Of a DNA stretch of 64,000 nucleotides, positions 12,120 through 21,833 are shown piece after piece (position 1 is the first letter of the stretch; every line of letters begins with the position of its first letter). The notes beneath the pieces were generated by a model. The model searched no databases and was not told the origin of the DNA. It saw nothing but the letters and a program-made list of their open reading frames with translations. Position numbers and translations under genes: made by a program. Source of the stretch: Patescibacteria group bacterium (GTDB lineage Bacteria; Patescibacteriota; UBA1384; JACPKC01); contig JBMNRW010000002.1 of assembly GCA_050944875.1 (NCBI GenBank), forward strand, positions 1,009-65,008, read 5' to 3'.

Positions 12120-13034
12120 ATGCCGATCACCCTCCCTACCCTCCGAGATCTCGTTGATGCCGGTGCGCATTATGGTCACCAGCGCGCGAAGTCGTACCCG
12201 AAGGCCCGTCAGTTCGCCTTTACCGTTCGCGAGCACACGCTTGTCATTAACCTCGAGCAGACCGTCGAAGCACTCGCGAGTGCGACGAAAGTACTGACCG
12301 AGCTCGCCGCGAACGGGAAGACAATCCTCTTCGTCGGGACAAAGCCACAGGCAGTCGACGCGGTCCGCATTGCTGCGACGAAGACCGGCATGCCGTACGT
12401 CGCGCAACGTTGGCTCGGCGGCACGCTCACGAACTTCCATACGATCCAGCAGAATTTGAAGAAGCTCACCGATCTCGAGACGCTTATGGTCTCCGAAGCG
12501 TTCGATGCGATGTCGAAGAAGGACCGCGGCCGCGCGACGAAGCAGCACGCGAAGCTTGTGAAGATCTTCGAAGGAATGAAGGGGCTCAGCCGTCGGCCGG
12601 ACGCGCTCGTCCTCGTCGATATCACGGAAGAGAACATCGCCCTCGCTGAAGCGCGGCGCCTTGGTATTCCGACCTTCGCGATCGTCGACACGAACGCGAA
12701 CCCTGACCTCGTTACGCACGCGATTCCAGCGAACGACGATTCGCGCCGAGCGATCGCCCTCATCCTCGACGTCCTCTCCGAGGCGATCCTCGAGGGGAAG
12801 AGCCAGATCCCAGCCGTCGTGAAGCCTGACCTCACGGACGCGACGAAAGCGGAGCGGATGGCGGCGGAGACGCCGGCCGAGGCCGAGCTCGTCGTCCCGG
12901 ACGCAGCGCCAGTCGTTGCCGATGAGCCGGTAGAGGCTGCGACGAAGCCAGCCGCAAAGAAGACCACGAAGGCCGCTGCTGCCGAGAAGAAGCCAGCCGC
13001 AAAGAAGGCTGCGCCGAAGAAGAAAGCGGCGTAA
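12120..13034 (+). CDS. rpsB: 30S ribosomal protein S2
   Basis: [28 protein letters not shown]; Lys/Ala-rich tail. Confidence 0.97.
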   Translation: MPITLPTLRDLVDAGAHYGHQRAKSYPKARQFAFTVREHTLVINLEQTVEALASATKVLTELAANGKTILFVGTKPQAVDAVRIAATKTGMPYVAQRWLGGTLTNFHTIQQNLKKLTDLETLMVSEAFDAMSKKDRGRATKQHAKLVKIFEGMKGLSRRPDALVLVDITEENIALAEARRLGIPTFAIVDTNANPDLVTHAIPANDDSRRAIALILDVLSEAILEGKSQIPAVVKPDLTDATKAERMAAETPAEAELVVPDAAPVVADEPVEAATKPAAKKTTKAAAAEKKPAAKKAAPKKKAA

Positions 13035-13036
13035 CC

Positions 13037-13666
13037 ATGGCGTTCACTGCAGCTGACGTGAAGAAGCTCCGCGACGCTACCGGCGTCGGGATGATGGACG
13101 CGAAGCGGGCGCTCGAGGGCGCGAACGGGAACTTCGACGCTGCGGTTGAGGTGCTCCGCAAGGCCGGCGCCGCGAAGGCCGCGAAGAAGGCTGACCGCGC
13201 TGCCGCCGAGGGGATCGTCGTCTCGTACGTCCACGGCAACAGCCAAGTTGGCGTCCTCCTGGAGCTTAACTCCGAGACCGACTTCGTGGCGCGCAACGAT
13301 GACTTCAAGGCGCTTGCGAATGACATTGCCCTCCACATCGCCGCGATGAACCCGCAGTACCTCTCGGTTGAGGACGTCCCGGCGGACGTCGTCGCAAAGG
13401 AGCGTGAGATCATCGCCGAGCAACTCAAGAACGAAGGGAAGCCGGCTGACCGGATCGAGCAGATCCTCGAGGGTAAGCTCAAGAAGTTCTACGCGGAGGT
13501 TGTCCTCCTTGAACAGCCGTTCGTCAAGGACGACGCGCTCACGGTCGGTGCCCTCATCCAGGCGGCGATCCAGAAGATCGGCGAGAACATCCGCGTCGCC
13601 CGGTTCGTCCGATTCGCCATCAAGGGCGGTCCGAGCTGCGCGCTCGACCTGCCGCAAAACGAGTAA
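13037..13666 (+). CDS. tsf: elongation factor Ts (short form)
   Basis: [26 protein letters not shown]. Confidence 0.97.
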   Translation: MAFTAADVKKLRDATGVGMMDAKRALEGANGNFDAAVEVLRKAGAAKAAKKADRAAAEGIVVSYVHGNSQVGVLLELNSETDFVARNDDFKALANDIALHIAAMNPQYLSVEDVPADVVAKEREIIAEQLKNEGKPADRIEQILEGKLKKFYAEVVLLEQPFVKDDALTVGALIQAAIQKIGENIRVARFVRFAIKGGPSCALDLPQNE

Positions 13667-13669
13667 TCA

Positions 13670-13703
13670 TCAAAAACGCGCCCGGTATCGGGCGCGTTTT
13701 TGA
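13670..13703 (+). terminator. intrinsic terminator-like hairpin after tsf
   Basis: TCAAAAACGCGCCCG-GTAT-CGGGCGCGTTTTTGA perfect inverted repeat. Confidence 0.7.
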
Positions 13704-13716
13704 AAGGAGCGGGGTA

Positions 13717-14433
13717 ATGAACCAACCACCGAAGCGTATTCTCCTCAAGCTCTCTGGTGAGATCTTGGCTGGTAAGGACGGCGCGATGTACGACCACGCG
13801 CTCATGGAGCGGTTGGCGCGAGAGCTCGGCGAGGTTATCGCGGCCGGGACGCAGGTTTTTCTCGTCGTCGGGGCGGGGAACATTGTTCGGGGCGCCGAGC
13901 TCGCGAAGGAGTCGTTCGACCGGGTTGGCGCCGACTATATGGGGATGCTCGCGACCATTATCAACGGGATCGCCCTCCAGGACGCGTTCGAGCGGAGTAG
14001 TCTGGAGACGCGGGTCATGAGCGCGATCGAGGCGCACGAGATTGCCGAGCCGTTCATCCGGCGTCGGGCGGAGCGCCATGCCGAGAAGGGGCGGATCGTC
14101 ATCTTGGCTGGCGGCACCGGCAACCCGTTCTTCACGACTGACTCGGCGGCCGTACTCCGCGCCAACGAGCTCGACTGCGACCTCCTCCTCAAGGGGACGA
14201 AGGTCGACGGGGTGTACACGAGCGATCCGAAGCAGGACCCGACGGCGACGCGTTACGAGCGAGTGAGCTACGACGAGGTGATCGCCAGAGAGCTTCGCGT
14301 CATGGACATGACCGCGTTCACGATGGCGCGGGACAGCTCGCTCCCGATTGTCGTTTTCGATATACTCCAAGAAGGAGCACTCATCAAAGCAGCTCGGGGC
14401 GAGGTGGAGGTAGGGACGCTCGTCACCGCCTAA
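13717..14433 (+). CDS. pyrH: UMP kinase
   Basis: RILLKLSGE, DYMGMLAT, GTGNPFFTTD. Confidence 0.97.
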   Translation: MNQPPKRILLKLSGEILAGKDGAMYDHALMERLARELGEVIAAGTQVFLVVGAGNIVRGAELAKESFDRVGADYMGMLATIINGIALQDAFERSSLETRVMSAIEAHEIAEPFIRRRAERHAEKGRIVILAGGTGNPFFTTDSAAVLRANELDCDLLLKGTKVDGVYTSDPKQDPTATRYERVSYDEVIARELRVMDMTAFTMARDSSLPIVVFDILQEGALIKAARGEVEVGTLVTA

Positions 14434-14445
14434 GACGGAGGTAGC

Positions 14446-15006
14446 ATGTCAGGCTATCCATCGGTACGAACCGCGAAGGAGCGGATGGGGGAGGTGCTCG
14501 AGAAGCTCGACGCCGCCCTCAAGGCAATCCACACGGGGCGCGCGTCGGCGGCGCTCGTCGAGAACATCCCGGTCATGGCCTACGGCCAGTCGACGCCAGT
14601 CAAGGCGATCGCCCAGCTGTCGGTGCCCGAGGCGAACCAGGTCGCGGTAACGCCCTGGGACCCAGGGCAGCTGACGCAGATCGAGGCCGCGATCCGGGAG
14701 TCTGACCTCGGAGTAAGCCCGGTCAGCGACGGCCGGACCGTTCGCGTCATCTTCCCGCCAATGACGACGGAGCGCCGCGCCCAGCTTACGAAAGAGCTCG
14801 GGAAGATCGCCGAGGAAGCGCGGGTCGCGCTCCGGAATGTCCGCCACGAGGCGCTCGAGACGATCAAGCGCGACGTTGAGCAGGACGAGGCGACCGAAGA
14901 CGACAAGTTCTCGGTGCAGAAGGAGCTCGACGACCTCATTAAGGCGAAGAACGACGAGGTCGAGGCGCTCATCCAGAAGAAGACGGTTGAGATCCAGCAG
15001 GTTTAA
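14446..15006 (+). CDS. frr: ribosome recycling factor
   Basis: HTGRAS, PPMTTERR, RVALRNVR; conserved synteny after pyrH. Confidence 0.96.
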   Translation: MSGYPSVRTAKERMGEVLEKLDAALKAIHTGRASAALVENIPVMAYGQSTPVKAIAQLSVPEANQVAVTPWDPGQLTQIEAAIRESDLGVSPVSDGRTVRVIFPPMTTERRAQLTKELGKIAEEARVALRNVRHEALETIKRDVEQDEATEDDKFSVQKELDDLIKAKNDEVEALIQKKTVEIQQV

Positions 15007-15008
15007 CC

Positions 15009-15410
15009 GTGGATGAAGACCGATCGCCGCTGCCAGATGACGCGTTCACTGGCCGGGTGATCGGTCTTCTATATGACGTCTACCGAACGGTTGGTTCAGG
15101 GAGGCCGGAGGCGCGGTACCGGACGGCGTTCCGTTCTGCGCTCGTAGAGGCTGGGATTCCGGTCGCGCGCGGGAAGGTACAGTCGCTCACGTACGGCGAG
15201 CGTGTGGTCGGGCGGTACCGCGTGGATTTCGTTTTGAACGGCGAGCTCGCTGTTGAGTTCGCGCGTGGGAATAGTATCCCGGCTGAGGACTTCTCGCGCA
15301 CCCTCTGCTACCTCCGCGACTCGGGACTCCAGCTTGCCTTACTTGCCGTCTTCGGCGACCATGAGTTACGCATTAAGCGCGTCATCCTGACGCGCGAAAC
15401 GGAGGAGTAA
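15009..15410 (+). CDS. GxxExxY family protein (PD-(D/E)xK-like fold)
   Basis: GSGRPEARY, VGRYRVDFV, YLRDSGLQLALL. Confidence 0.8.
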   Translation: MDEDRSPLPDDAFTGRVIGLLYDVYRTVGSGRPEARYRTAFRSALVEAGIPVARGKVQSLTYGERVVGRYRVDFVLNGELAVEFARGNSIPAEDFSRTLCYLRDSGLQLALLAVFGDHELRIKRVILTRETEE

Positions 15411-15416
15411 CCCAGT

Positions 15417-16466
15417 ATGACACTCGCACTTACGATCGTTCTCTTTGTCCTCATATTCGGCGTGGTCATCACGCTCCACGAACTCGGGCACTTCCTTATC
15501 GCTCGACGCGAGAACATGGTGGTCCGTGAGTTCGCGTTCGGTTTCCCGCCCCGGCTCTGGAGCACGAAGCGTGGTGCGACCCGGTACAGCGTGAACGCGA
15601 TCCCGCTCGGTGGGTACGTCAGCATTCTCGGCGAAGACGAGGCGTCGGACTCGGCCGGTAGCTTCACGATTAAGTCGCCCTGGGCACGGCTCCGGGTCGT
15701 GCTCGCCGGTATTGCGATGAACGTCCTCCTGGCGTGGCTCCTTATCACGCTCTACTTCTGGGTGGCACCGCTCTTCCCGGCGCCGGACGCCGTCGTCGTC
15801 GCCGGTGTCCGGCCCGGCAGTCCGGCTGCCGCGGCCGGGTTTAAGCCGAACGACTTCGTGAAATCGGCGAACGGCACGACGTTTAAGACCGATAAGGACC
15901 TGGTCGCGTTCACGAGCGAGCAGGCTGGTCAGACCGTCACCTTTACCGTGGTCCGGAGCGGGAAGGAGTTTCCGCTCGCCGCGACCTTGGGCGGTGCGGC
16001 CGGCGGGGCACTTGGTGTGACCGTTGTCGACGTGAGTGAGCAGCAGGCAGTGCCGTGGTACCAGGCGCCGTGGTACGCCCTTAAGGAGATCTGGGCGGTG
16101 ACACTCATGACGCTCGGGTTCTTCGGCGGGCTCGTCGCAAAGCTCTTCGGCGGCGGCCAGGGCGTGAGCGTCGATGCAGTCGCGGGGCCGGTCGGGATCT
16201 TCTCGACGCTCCAGCAGGTGATGGTGCTCGGCATTCCAAAGGTGATCTACTTCGCTGGCCATATCTCGCTCGCGGTCGGCCTCTTCAACGCATTGCCAGT
16301 GCCCGCGCTCGACGGCGGGCGCGCAATGTTCCTCCTCTTCGAGGGGATTTTCGGGAAGAAGGCACTCAGGCCGGAGACCGAGGGGTGGATCCACGCGATC
16401 GGCTTCATTCTCCTTATCGGCGTCATCGTTCTCGTTACTGTCATCGACGTACAGCGACTCGGGTAG
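15417..16466 (+). CDS. rseP: RseP/M50 site-2 intramembrane metalloprotease
   Basis: HELGH, PLGGYV, PDZ domain, NALPVPALDGGR. Confidence 0.93.
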   Translation: MTLALTIVLFVLIFGVVITLHELGHFLIARRENMVVREFAFGFPPRLWSTKRGATRYSVNAIPLGGYVSILGEDEASDSAGSFTIKSPWARLRVVLAGIAMNVLLAWLLITLYFWVAPLFPAPDAVVVAGVRPGSPAAAAGFKPNDFVKSANGTTFKTDKDLVAFTSEQAGQTVTFTVVRSGKEFPLAATLGGAAGGALGVTVVDVSEQQAVPWYQAPWYALKEIWAVTLMTLGFFGGLVAKLFGGGQGVSVDAVAGPVGIFSTLQQVMVLGIPKVIYFAGHISLAVGLFNALPVPALDGGRAMFLLFEGIFGKKALRPETEGWIHAIGFILLIGVIVLVTVIDVQRLG

Positions 16467-16482
16467 CCCGTACTTGAATAGA

Positions 16483-16520
16483 AAACGAGCGGCGCGGGAG
16501 TAGTTCCCGGCCGCTCGGTT
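16483..16520. terminator. hairpin between convergent genes
   Basis: CGAGCGGC-GCGGGA...TCCCG-GCCGCTCG inverted repeat. Confidence 0.55.
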
Positions 16521-16522
16521 GC

Positions 16523-16891
16523 TTAGTTCGTTTGTTTCGCCGTTTGCGCGGCGTTGGCGAGCTGTGTGAATGCACTGAGGATCTCCGCCGCGTATTTCAG
16601 GCGGAGGTGCTCATCCTCGACGCGCTGTTCCCAGACGGGGTAGCGTTTGCCGTCGTAGGCCCGGCAGGGCGAGCGGTAGATCCGGTTTTCCCCAGTGATC
16701 GCCACCATGACCGCCGACGAGTCGACGACGAGGATGCCCGGCAAGTCGACTAGCTCGTTGTCCTTGTACGCCCGATAGGTGGGCAGGAAAGCGACGAGGA
16801 GGTCGTCGGTGCTGTGGCGGAGTAGGCGGATCGCTCCGCCCTGGGTGTTGCGGTAGTCGGCAAGGGTGTCAGCGCGTCGTTCAGCTCGCAT
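16523..16891 (-). CDS. hypothetical protein (122 aa)
   Basis: ATG at 16891 preceded by AGGAGG; overlaps the stop of the upstream ORF. Confidence 0.65.
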   Translation of the reverse strand: MRAERRADTLADYRNTQGGAIRLLRHSTDDLLVAFLPTYRAYKDNELVDLPGILVVDSSAVMVAITGENRIYRSPCRAYDGKRYPVWEQRVEDEHLRLKYAAEILSAFTQLANAAQTAKQTN

Positions 16892-17231
16892 GGGAATCCT
16901 CCTGCGTCTCGATGAGATTGAAGAGCGCTCGAATCTGAGACTCAAACTCAACCCAGAGCTCGGGGTATGCGACCTTGTTGTTCCAGCTTGGTCGCATGGA
17001 TCGTGCGGTGGACGTGTACCGACTCTGGTAAAGGTACAGGGCGTCTTCCTGCTTAGACAGAGCGATGAATACGAATCGCCGCCACTGCTCGGCGACGACG
17101 ATGACTGGCTCGTTGCGCTGGTAGTAGGAGTCGGCGAAGCGAACGTAGCGGAGGTATCGCTCCGGCGTTGCCGCGATACGGCCGGCAATCGCTCTTTTGA
17201 GCGCAGCGAGGCGCTGGCTCTGGTCGTCCAT
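16881..17231 (-). CDS. hypothetical protein (116 aa)
   Basis: ATG preceded by GGAGG; apparent paralog of the downstream ORF. Confidence 0.65.
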   Translation of the reverse strand: MDDQSQRLAALKRAIAGRIAATPERYLRYVRFADSYYQRNEPVIVVAEQWRRFVFIALSKQEDALYLYQSRYTSTARSMRPSWNNKVAYPELWVEFESQIRALFNLIETQEDSHAS

Positions 17232-17362
17232 TGAAAAACCTCCGGTACTTAAGGATGGGAAAACCGCACAAATCTACGGGAATACCAGGGAAAAGTCAAT
17301 CTTGTTTCCTGAAATACTTTCCGGGATACTGGGAAGCCACAGCAGGTAGCGACGAGGAGCGT

Positions 17363-18796
17363 ATGGCGAGAGAGCAGTCGATTACGCCACGGGCGGAGAA
17401 CTTCGCCGCGTGGTACCAAGATGTCATTGCCGCCGCAGAGCTCGCTGAGCACTCGGGGGTTAAGGGCTCGATGATCATCAAGCCGTACGGCTACGCGATC
17501 TGGGAGCGCCTACGCGATGAGCTCGACCGCCGGATCAAGGCGACCGGGCACAAGAACGCGTACTTCCCGCTCCTCATTCCTGAGAGCTACTTAGAGCGCG
17601 AGAAAGACCACGTCGAAGGGTTCTCGCCGGAGCTCGCGGTCGTCACGCATGCCGGCGGCGAGAAACTCGAGGAGCCGCTCGTCATCCGTCCGACCTCGGA
17701 GACCATTATCTACGAGACGTACTCGCGCTGGATCCAGTCCTACCGCGACTTGCCCATGCTCGTGAACCAGTGGGCGAACGTCGTCCGCTGGGAGCTCCGG
17801 CCGCGGCTCTTCCTCCGGACGACCGAGTTCCTCTGGCAAGAAGGGCACACCGCCCACGCTACTGAGGACGAGGCGCAGGAAGAGGTGCAGACCATGCTTG
17901 GCGTGTACAAGGACGTCGCCGAGGAGATCCTCGCCATGCCGGTCATTGACGGTGAGAAGAGCGCGACGGAGCGGTTCGCCGGCGCGAAGCGGACGTTCAC
18001 GATCGAGGCGATGATGCAGGACGGGAAGGCGCTCCAGGCCGGCACGAGCCATAACCTCGGCCAAGGCTTCTCGGAAGCGTTCAACGTCCAGTTCACAGAC
18101 CGGGACGGCGTCCGAAAGCATGTTTGGCTCACGAGCTGGGGCGTCTCGACCCGGCTCATTGGCGGCCTCATTATGACGCACTCGGACGATCGCGGGCTCG
18201 TTCTGCCGCCTGCGCTCGCGCCCATCCAGGTAGTTATTGTCCCGATCTCGAAGTCGGACGACGAGCGCGCTCGCGTACTCGCTGCTGCTAAGGAGCTTGC
18301 GCATGAGCTTGGTCCCGGCGACCGCCTCCTGGTCGACGACCGCGATTACGTAACTGCCGGCGCGAAGTTCAATGAGTGGGAGCGGAAGGGCGTGCCGATC
18401 CGGATTGAGCTCGGCCCCCGCGACCTTGAAGCGAACCAGCTCGTCGTCGCCCGGCGCGACACGAACGAGAAATCGACGGTGGCGCGCGCGGAGGCGGCAG
18501 TGCATGTGAAGGGGCTCCTCACCGTCCTCCAGACCGCGCTCCTCGAGCGGGCGAAGACGCTCCGCCGAGAGCGGACGAAGGGCGTCCACTCGTACGCCGA
18601 ACTCGTCGAACAGGTGGAAGTGGGCTTTGCACGAGCGTTTTGGTGTGGTAATGAGGAGTGTGAATCGAAGGTGAAGGCAGAGACGAAGGCGACGATTCGC
18701 TGCCTTCCCTTTGACCGTCAGCTCGAGGGCGTCGGCGCGTGCACCGTCTGCGGCGGCGAAGGGGGAGTGGAAGCAGTGTGGGCACGAGCCTACTAA
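17363..18796 (+). CDS. proS: proline--tRNA ligase (archaeal/eukaryotic type)
   Basis: RPTSET, FLRTTEFLWQEGHT, QAGTSHNLGQ, SWGVSTR, C-terminal ARAY. Confidence 0.97.
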   Translation: MAREQSITPRAENFAAWYQDVIAAAELAEHSGVKGSMIIKPYGYAIWERLRDELDRRIKATGHKNAYFPLLIPESYLEREKDHVEGFSPELAVVTHAGGEKLEEPLVIRPTSETIIYETYSRWIQSYRDLPMLVNQWANVVRWELRPRLFLRTTEFLWQEGHTAHATEDEAQEEVQTMLGVYKDVAEEILAMPVIDGEKSATERFAGAKRTFTIEAMMQDGKALQAGTSHNLGQGFSEAFNVQFTDRDGVRKHVWLTSWGVSTRLIGGLIMTHSDDRGLVLPPALAPIQVVIVPISKSDDERARVLAAAKELAHELGPGDRLLVDDRDYVTAGAKFNEWERKGVPIRIELGPRDLEANQLVVARRDTNEKSTVARAEAAVHVKGLLTVLQTALLERAKTLRRERTKGVHSYAELVEQVEVGFARAFWCGNEECESKVKAETKATIRCLPFDRQLEGVGACTVCGGEGGVEAVWARAY

Positions 18797-18808
18797 GGAG
18801 TGCACGTC

Positions 18809-19609
18809 ATGCGGAAACCGCTTGTTGTTGGTAACTGGAAGATGAACCTCACCGCTGAGCGCGCGATGTCGCTGGCGCGCAGTGTGTCGCAGCAGATTGA
18901 CAGCCTCGGCGAGAAGGTCGACGTCGTCATTGCGCCAGCTCTCCCCTGGCTTATTCCGGTCGAGGGTGTCCTCGGCCGTTCGGCTAAAGTGGCGCTCGGC
19001 GTCCAAGATGCGGACACCGGCGTCATTGGCGCGCAGACCGGCAGTGTGTCGATGGGGATGCTGAAGCCGCACGTCGACTACGTCATTATCGGCCATTCGG
19101 AGCGACGGCTCGCGCACAAAGACACGCACCAGACGATCAACGCGAAGATCCTCGACGCCTTAAAGCGCGGCCTGACGCCGATTGTTTGCGTCGGTGAGTT
19201 CGTCCACCTCTACGACACGAAGCGAAAGCGCGGCCGTCCGACGAAGCTCGAGGCAGAGAGCAACATCTTCATGCAGATCCGCCGCGCACTGAAGGACGTC
19301 CCAGAGGGTGACATCTCGAAGGTTGTCGTCTCGTACGAACCGGTCTGGGCGATCGGGACCGGCGAAGCAGCTGACCCAGAATACGTGGCGCAGGTCGTCC
19401 GGAAGCTCCGGCGCACGGTGTCTCGTCTGGGCGGTAAGCGGCGCGCCGCGCGGATGCGCGTGCTCTACGGCGGCTCCGTCACCGCGAAGAACGCGAGCGA
19501 CTACGCGAACCTCAAGGAGATCGACGGCGTCCTCGTGGGCGCAGCCAGCCTTGACGCGAAGGCGTTCGGCAAGATCGCCCAGGCGTTCCAGGCAGCGAAA
19601 GCGGCCTAA
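18809..19609 (+). CDS. tpiA: triosephosphate isomerase
   Basis: GNWKMN, GHSERR, YEPVWAIGTG, LYGGSV. Confidence 0.96.
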   Translation: MRKPLVVGNWKMNLTAERAMSLARSVSQQIDSLGEKVDVVIAPALPWLIPVEGVLGRSAKVALGVQDADTGVIGAQTGSVSMGMLKPHVDYVIIGHSERRLAHKDTHQTINAKILDALKRGLTPIVCVGEFVHLYDTKRKRGRPTKLEAESNIFMQIRRALKDVPEGDISKVVVSYEPVWAIGTGEAADPEYVAQVVRKLRRTVSRLGGKRRAARMRVLYGGSVTAKNASDYANLKEIDGVLVGAASLDAKAFGKIAQAFQAAKAA

Positions 19610-20139
19610 CGCCGGTCTTTCACGACCTCGAGCTCGACGACCAGGAGGTCGACCATATTCCACAGGAAGTAGCGCAGGATGCCCTTTAAGGGGATGTACT
19701 TGCGCCACTTTCCTGTTGCGGTGAGTTCCTGGCGGATGAGTCGGAACCGAGCGGGCGTGTACGCGTCGTGGTGCGAGGCATACCACGATTCGGTCGTGAA
19801 GTACTTGAACGTCTCTTCGGTGAAGTAGCGGACGTGACTTGGGTCACCGAAGGCGAGCGCACTCATGTAGTACGGGACACCGATCGTGACGCGCGCGCCG
19901 GGCTTCGCGACGCGCCAAACCTCTTCCATTGTCCGGACAGTTTCGGGGAGGAATTGGAGGATGTGCCAGACACGCACCTCATCGAAGTGGTTGTCGGGAA
20001 GATCCCAGGGGAACTTTGTCAGGTCGACGACCTGGTCGACGCCAGGGACGTCCACCCGGTCGATACCCCAGTAGCCCTCGGGTTTCCGGAACGCGCAGCC
20101 GACGTCGAGTTTCGCGGGGAGGGTTTGTTTCGTTGCCAT
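19606..20139 (-). CDS. class I SAM-dependent methyltransferase
   Basis: LDVGC, GIDRV, EEVWRVAKPGA, DPSHVRYF. Confidence 0.85.
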   Translation of the reverse strand: MATKQTLPAKLDVGCAFRKPEGYWGIDRVDVPGVDQVVDLTKFPWDLPDNHFDEVRVWHILQFLPETVRTMEEVWRVAKPGARVTIGVPYYMSALAFGDPSHVRYFTEETFKYFTTESWYASHHDAYTPARFRLIRQELTATGKWRKYIPLKGILRYFLWNMVDLLVVELEVVKDRR

Positions 20140-20216
20140 GGTGCTAGTCTAACGGTGCGACGCTTGGGAGACCAGGTGGTATACTCCAGAGCAAAGCCCA
20201 GGGAAACGGAGGTCCT

Positions 20217-21215
20217 ATGGTTCGCGTTGCAATCAACGGGTTCGGCCGGATCGGCCGGCAGGCAGCGAAGCTCATTCTCGAGCGTCCAGAGCTCGAACTC
20301 GTCGCAGTCAATGATCTGACGGACGCGGCGACGCTCGCCCACCTCCTCCGCTATGACACGGTCTACGGCCGGTACGGGAAAGTCGTCGAGGTGCGCGGCG
20401 ACGCGCTCGCGGTCGGCGATGAGACCTTTACGGTGTTCGCCGAGAAGGACCCGGCTAACCTGCCGTGGCGTGAGCTCGAGATCGATGTCGTTATTGAGTC
20501 GACCGGCCACTTCACGGACGCAGCGGGCGCCAAGAAGCACGTCGCAGCGGGCGCGAAAGCGGTCGTCATCGCAGCGCCGAGCAAGGGTGACGACCCGGCC
20601 CCGACCTTCCTCCGGGGCGTGAACGACCAGAGCTACGGCGGCGAGGAAGTTGTGAACAACGCCTCGTGCACGACGAACTCGATCGCCCCGGTGATCCAAG
20701 TGCTCCACGACGCGTTCGGCGTCGAGCGCGCGCTCATGACCACGGTGCACGGGTACACGGCCGATCAGAACCTCCAGGACGGTCCGCACAAGGATTTGCG
20801 CCGCGCTCGGGCAGCGGCCCACAGCATTGCGCCGACGAGCACGGGTGCCGCGATCGCAACGACCGAGGTTATCACGGAACTCCAAGATGCGTTCGACGGC
20901 GTGGCGCTCAGAGTGCCGGTCATCTGCGGCTCGATCTCGGACATCACCGCCGTCCTCAAGGCTGACGTTACGGTGGAGCAAGTGAACGCGGCGCTCTCGG
21001 CCGCGAGCGAGAGCGAAGCCTTGAAGGGGATTCTCGCCGTCACCGATGAGCCGCTCGTCTCCTCCGACATCGTCGGCCATCCGGCGAGCGCGATCGTCGA
21101 CCTCGGCCTCACCCGCGTCGTCGGTAACCTCGTCAAAGTCTTCGCGTGGTACGACAACGAGTTCGGCTACGCAAACCGCCTCGTCGAGCTCGTTGATAAG
21201 GTTGGTTCGCGATAA
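20217..21215 (+). CDS. gap: type I glyceraldehyde-3-phosphate dehydrogenase
   Basis: INGFGRIGR, NASCTTN, WYDNE. Confidence 0.98.
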   Translation: MVRVAINGFGRIGRQAAKLILERPELELVAVNDLTDAATLAHLLRYDTVYGRYGKVVEVRGDALAVGDETFTVFAEKDPANLPWRELEIDVVIESTGHFTDAAGAKKHVAAGAKAVVIAAPSKGDDPAPTFLRGVNDQSYGGEEVVNNASCTTNSIAPVIQVLHDAFGVERALMTTVHGYTADQNLQDGPHKDLRRARAAAHSIAPTSTGAAIATTEVITELQDAFDGVALRVPVICGSISDITAVLKADVTVEQVNAALSAASESEALKGILAVTDEPLVSSDIVGHPASAIVDLGLTRVVGNLVKVFAWYDNEFGYANRLVELVDKVGSR

Positions 21216-21832
21216 TGTCGCTACCGGATTTTGGTGGTAGGGAGCCAAGTGTCGAGGAGCTTCGTGCTGAAGCAGAGCGGCTGCGGCGCCAGGGGCAGAA
21301 GCTTCTTGATAAAATGGGGTTACTCGCCACGTTCGAGAAGTACGGACAGGTGCCCGGGATCGGCGGGAGCTTCAGATACAACCTCATGGTGTATCCCGAT
21401 CTCGACACCGGCATTGTGGCTGACCATGTCGACCGTACGGTAGTTGGGAATCTACTCAACGACCTGATGACAATCCCAGTGCTCCGTCGCGTATCTATGT
21501 CGGATAACGTTGTATTTATCTCGCCGACGAACCCGCACGCGAAGCCGAAGGGGTATTGGATCGGACTCGAGGCGCCTTTCGAAGGAGAGCGCTGGGGTAT
21601 TGATTGTTGGTTTCAGGAGCGCAGCTGGTTGCGGCCAGAGGACTCGCACGACAACTACGCGGAGAAACTTGAAGCGCTCGACCAAGCAGGGCGGGATGCG
21701 ATTCTTCTTCTGAAGTACCAGCTTATTCAGCGGGGTGAGTACGGCGGGAAGTATACTTCGGGGGACGTGTACGATGCCGTGTTGAACGGTGCTCGGTCGT
21801 TGGCCGAGTTCGAGCGTCATAAGGAGGAATAG
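21215..21832 (+). CDS. putative Pol-beta-superfamily nucleotidyltransferase-like protein
   Basis: GS-x8-DLD motif (GGSFRYNLMVYPDLD) plus a downstream WGID strand. Confidence 0.55.
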   Translation: MSLPDFGGREPSVEELRAEAERLRRQGQKLLDKMGLLATFEKYGQVPGIGGSFRYNLMVYPDLDTGIVADHVDRTVVGNLLNDLMTIPVLRRVSMSDNVVFISPTNPHAKPKGYWIGLEAPFEGERWGIDCWFQERSWLRPEDSHDNYAEKLEALDQAGRDAILLLKYQLIQRGEYGGKYTSGDVYDAVLNGARSLAEFERHKEE

Positions 21833-21833
21833 C

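Noticed and set aside
12209-13657. Long antisense ORFs (also 17591-19129, 25208-26755, 52653-54299)
   Set aside because: Mirror frames of well-supported GC-rich genes
15009-15410. GxxExxY protein as an active defence nuclease
   Set aside because: Solitary gene, and the ExK position reads EFA; no support for a system
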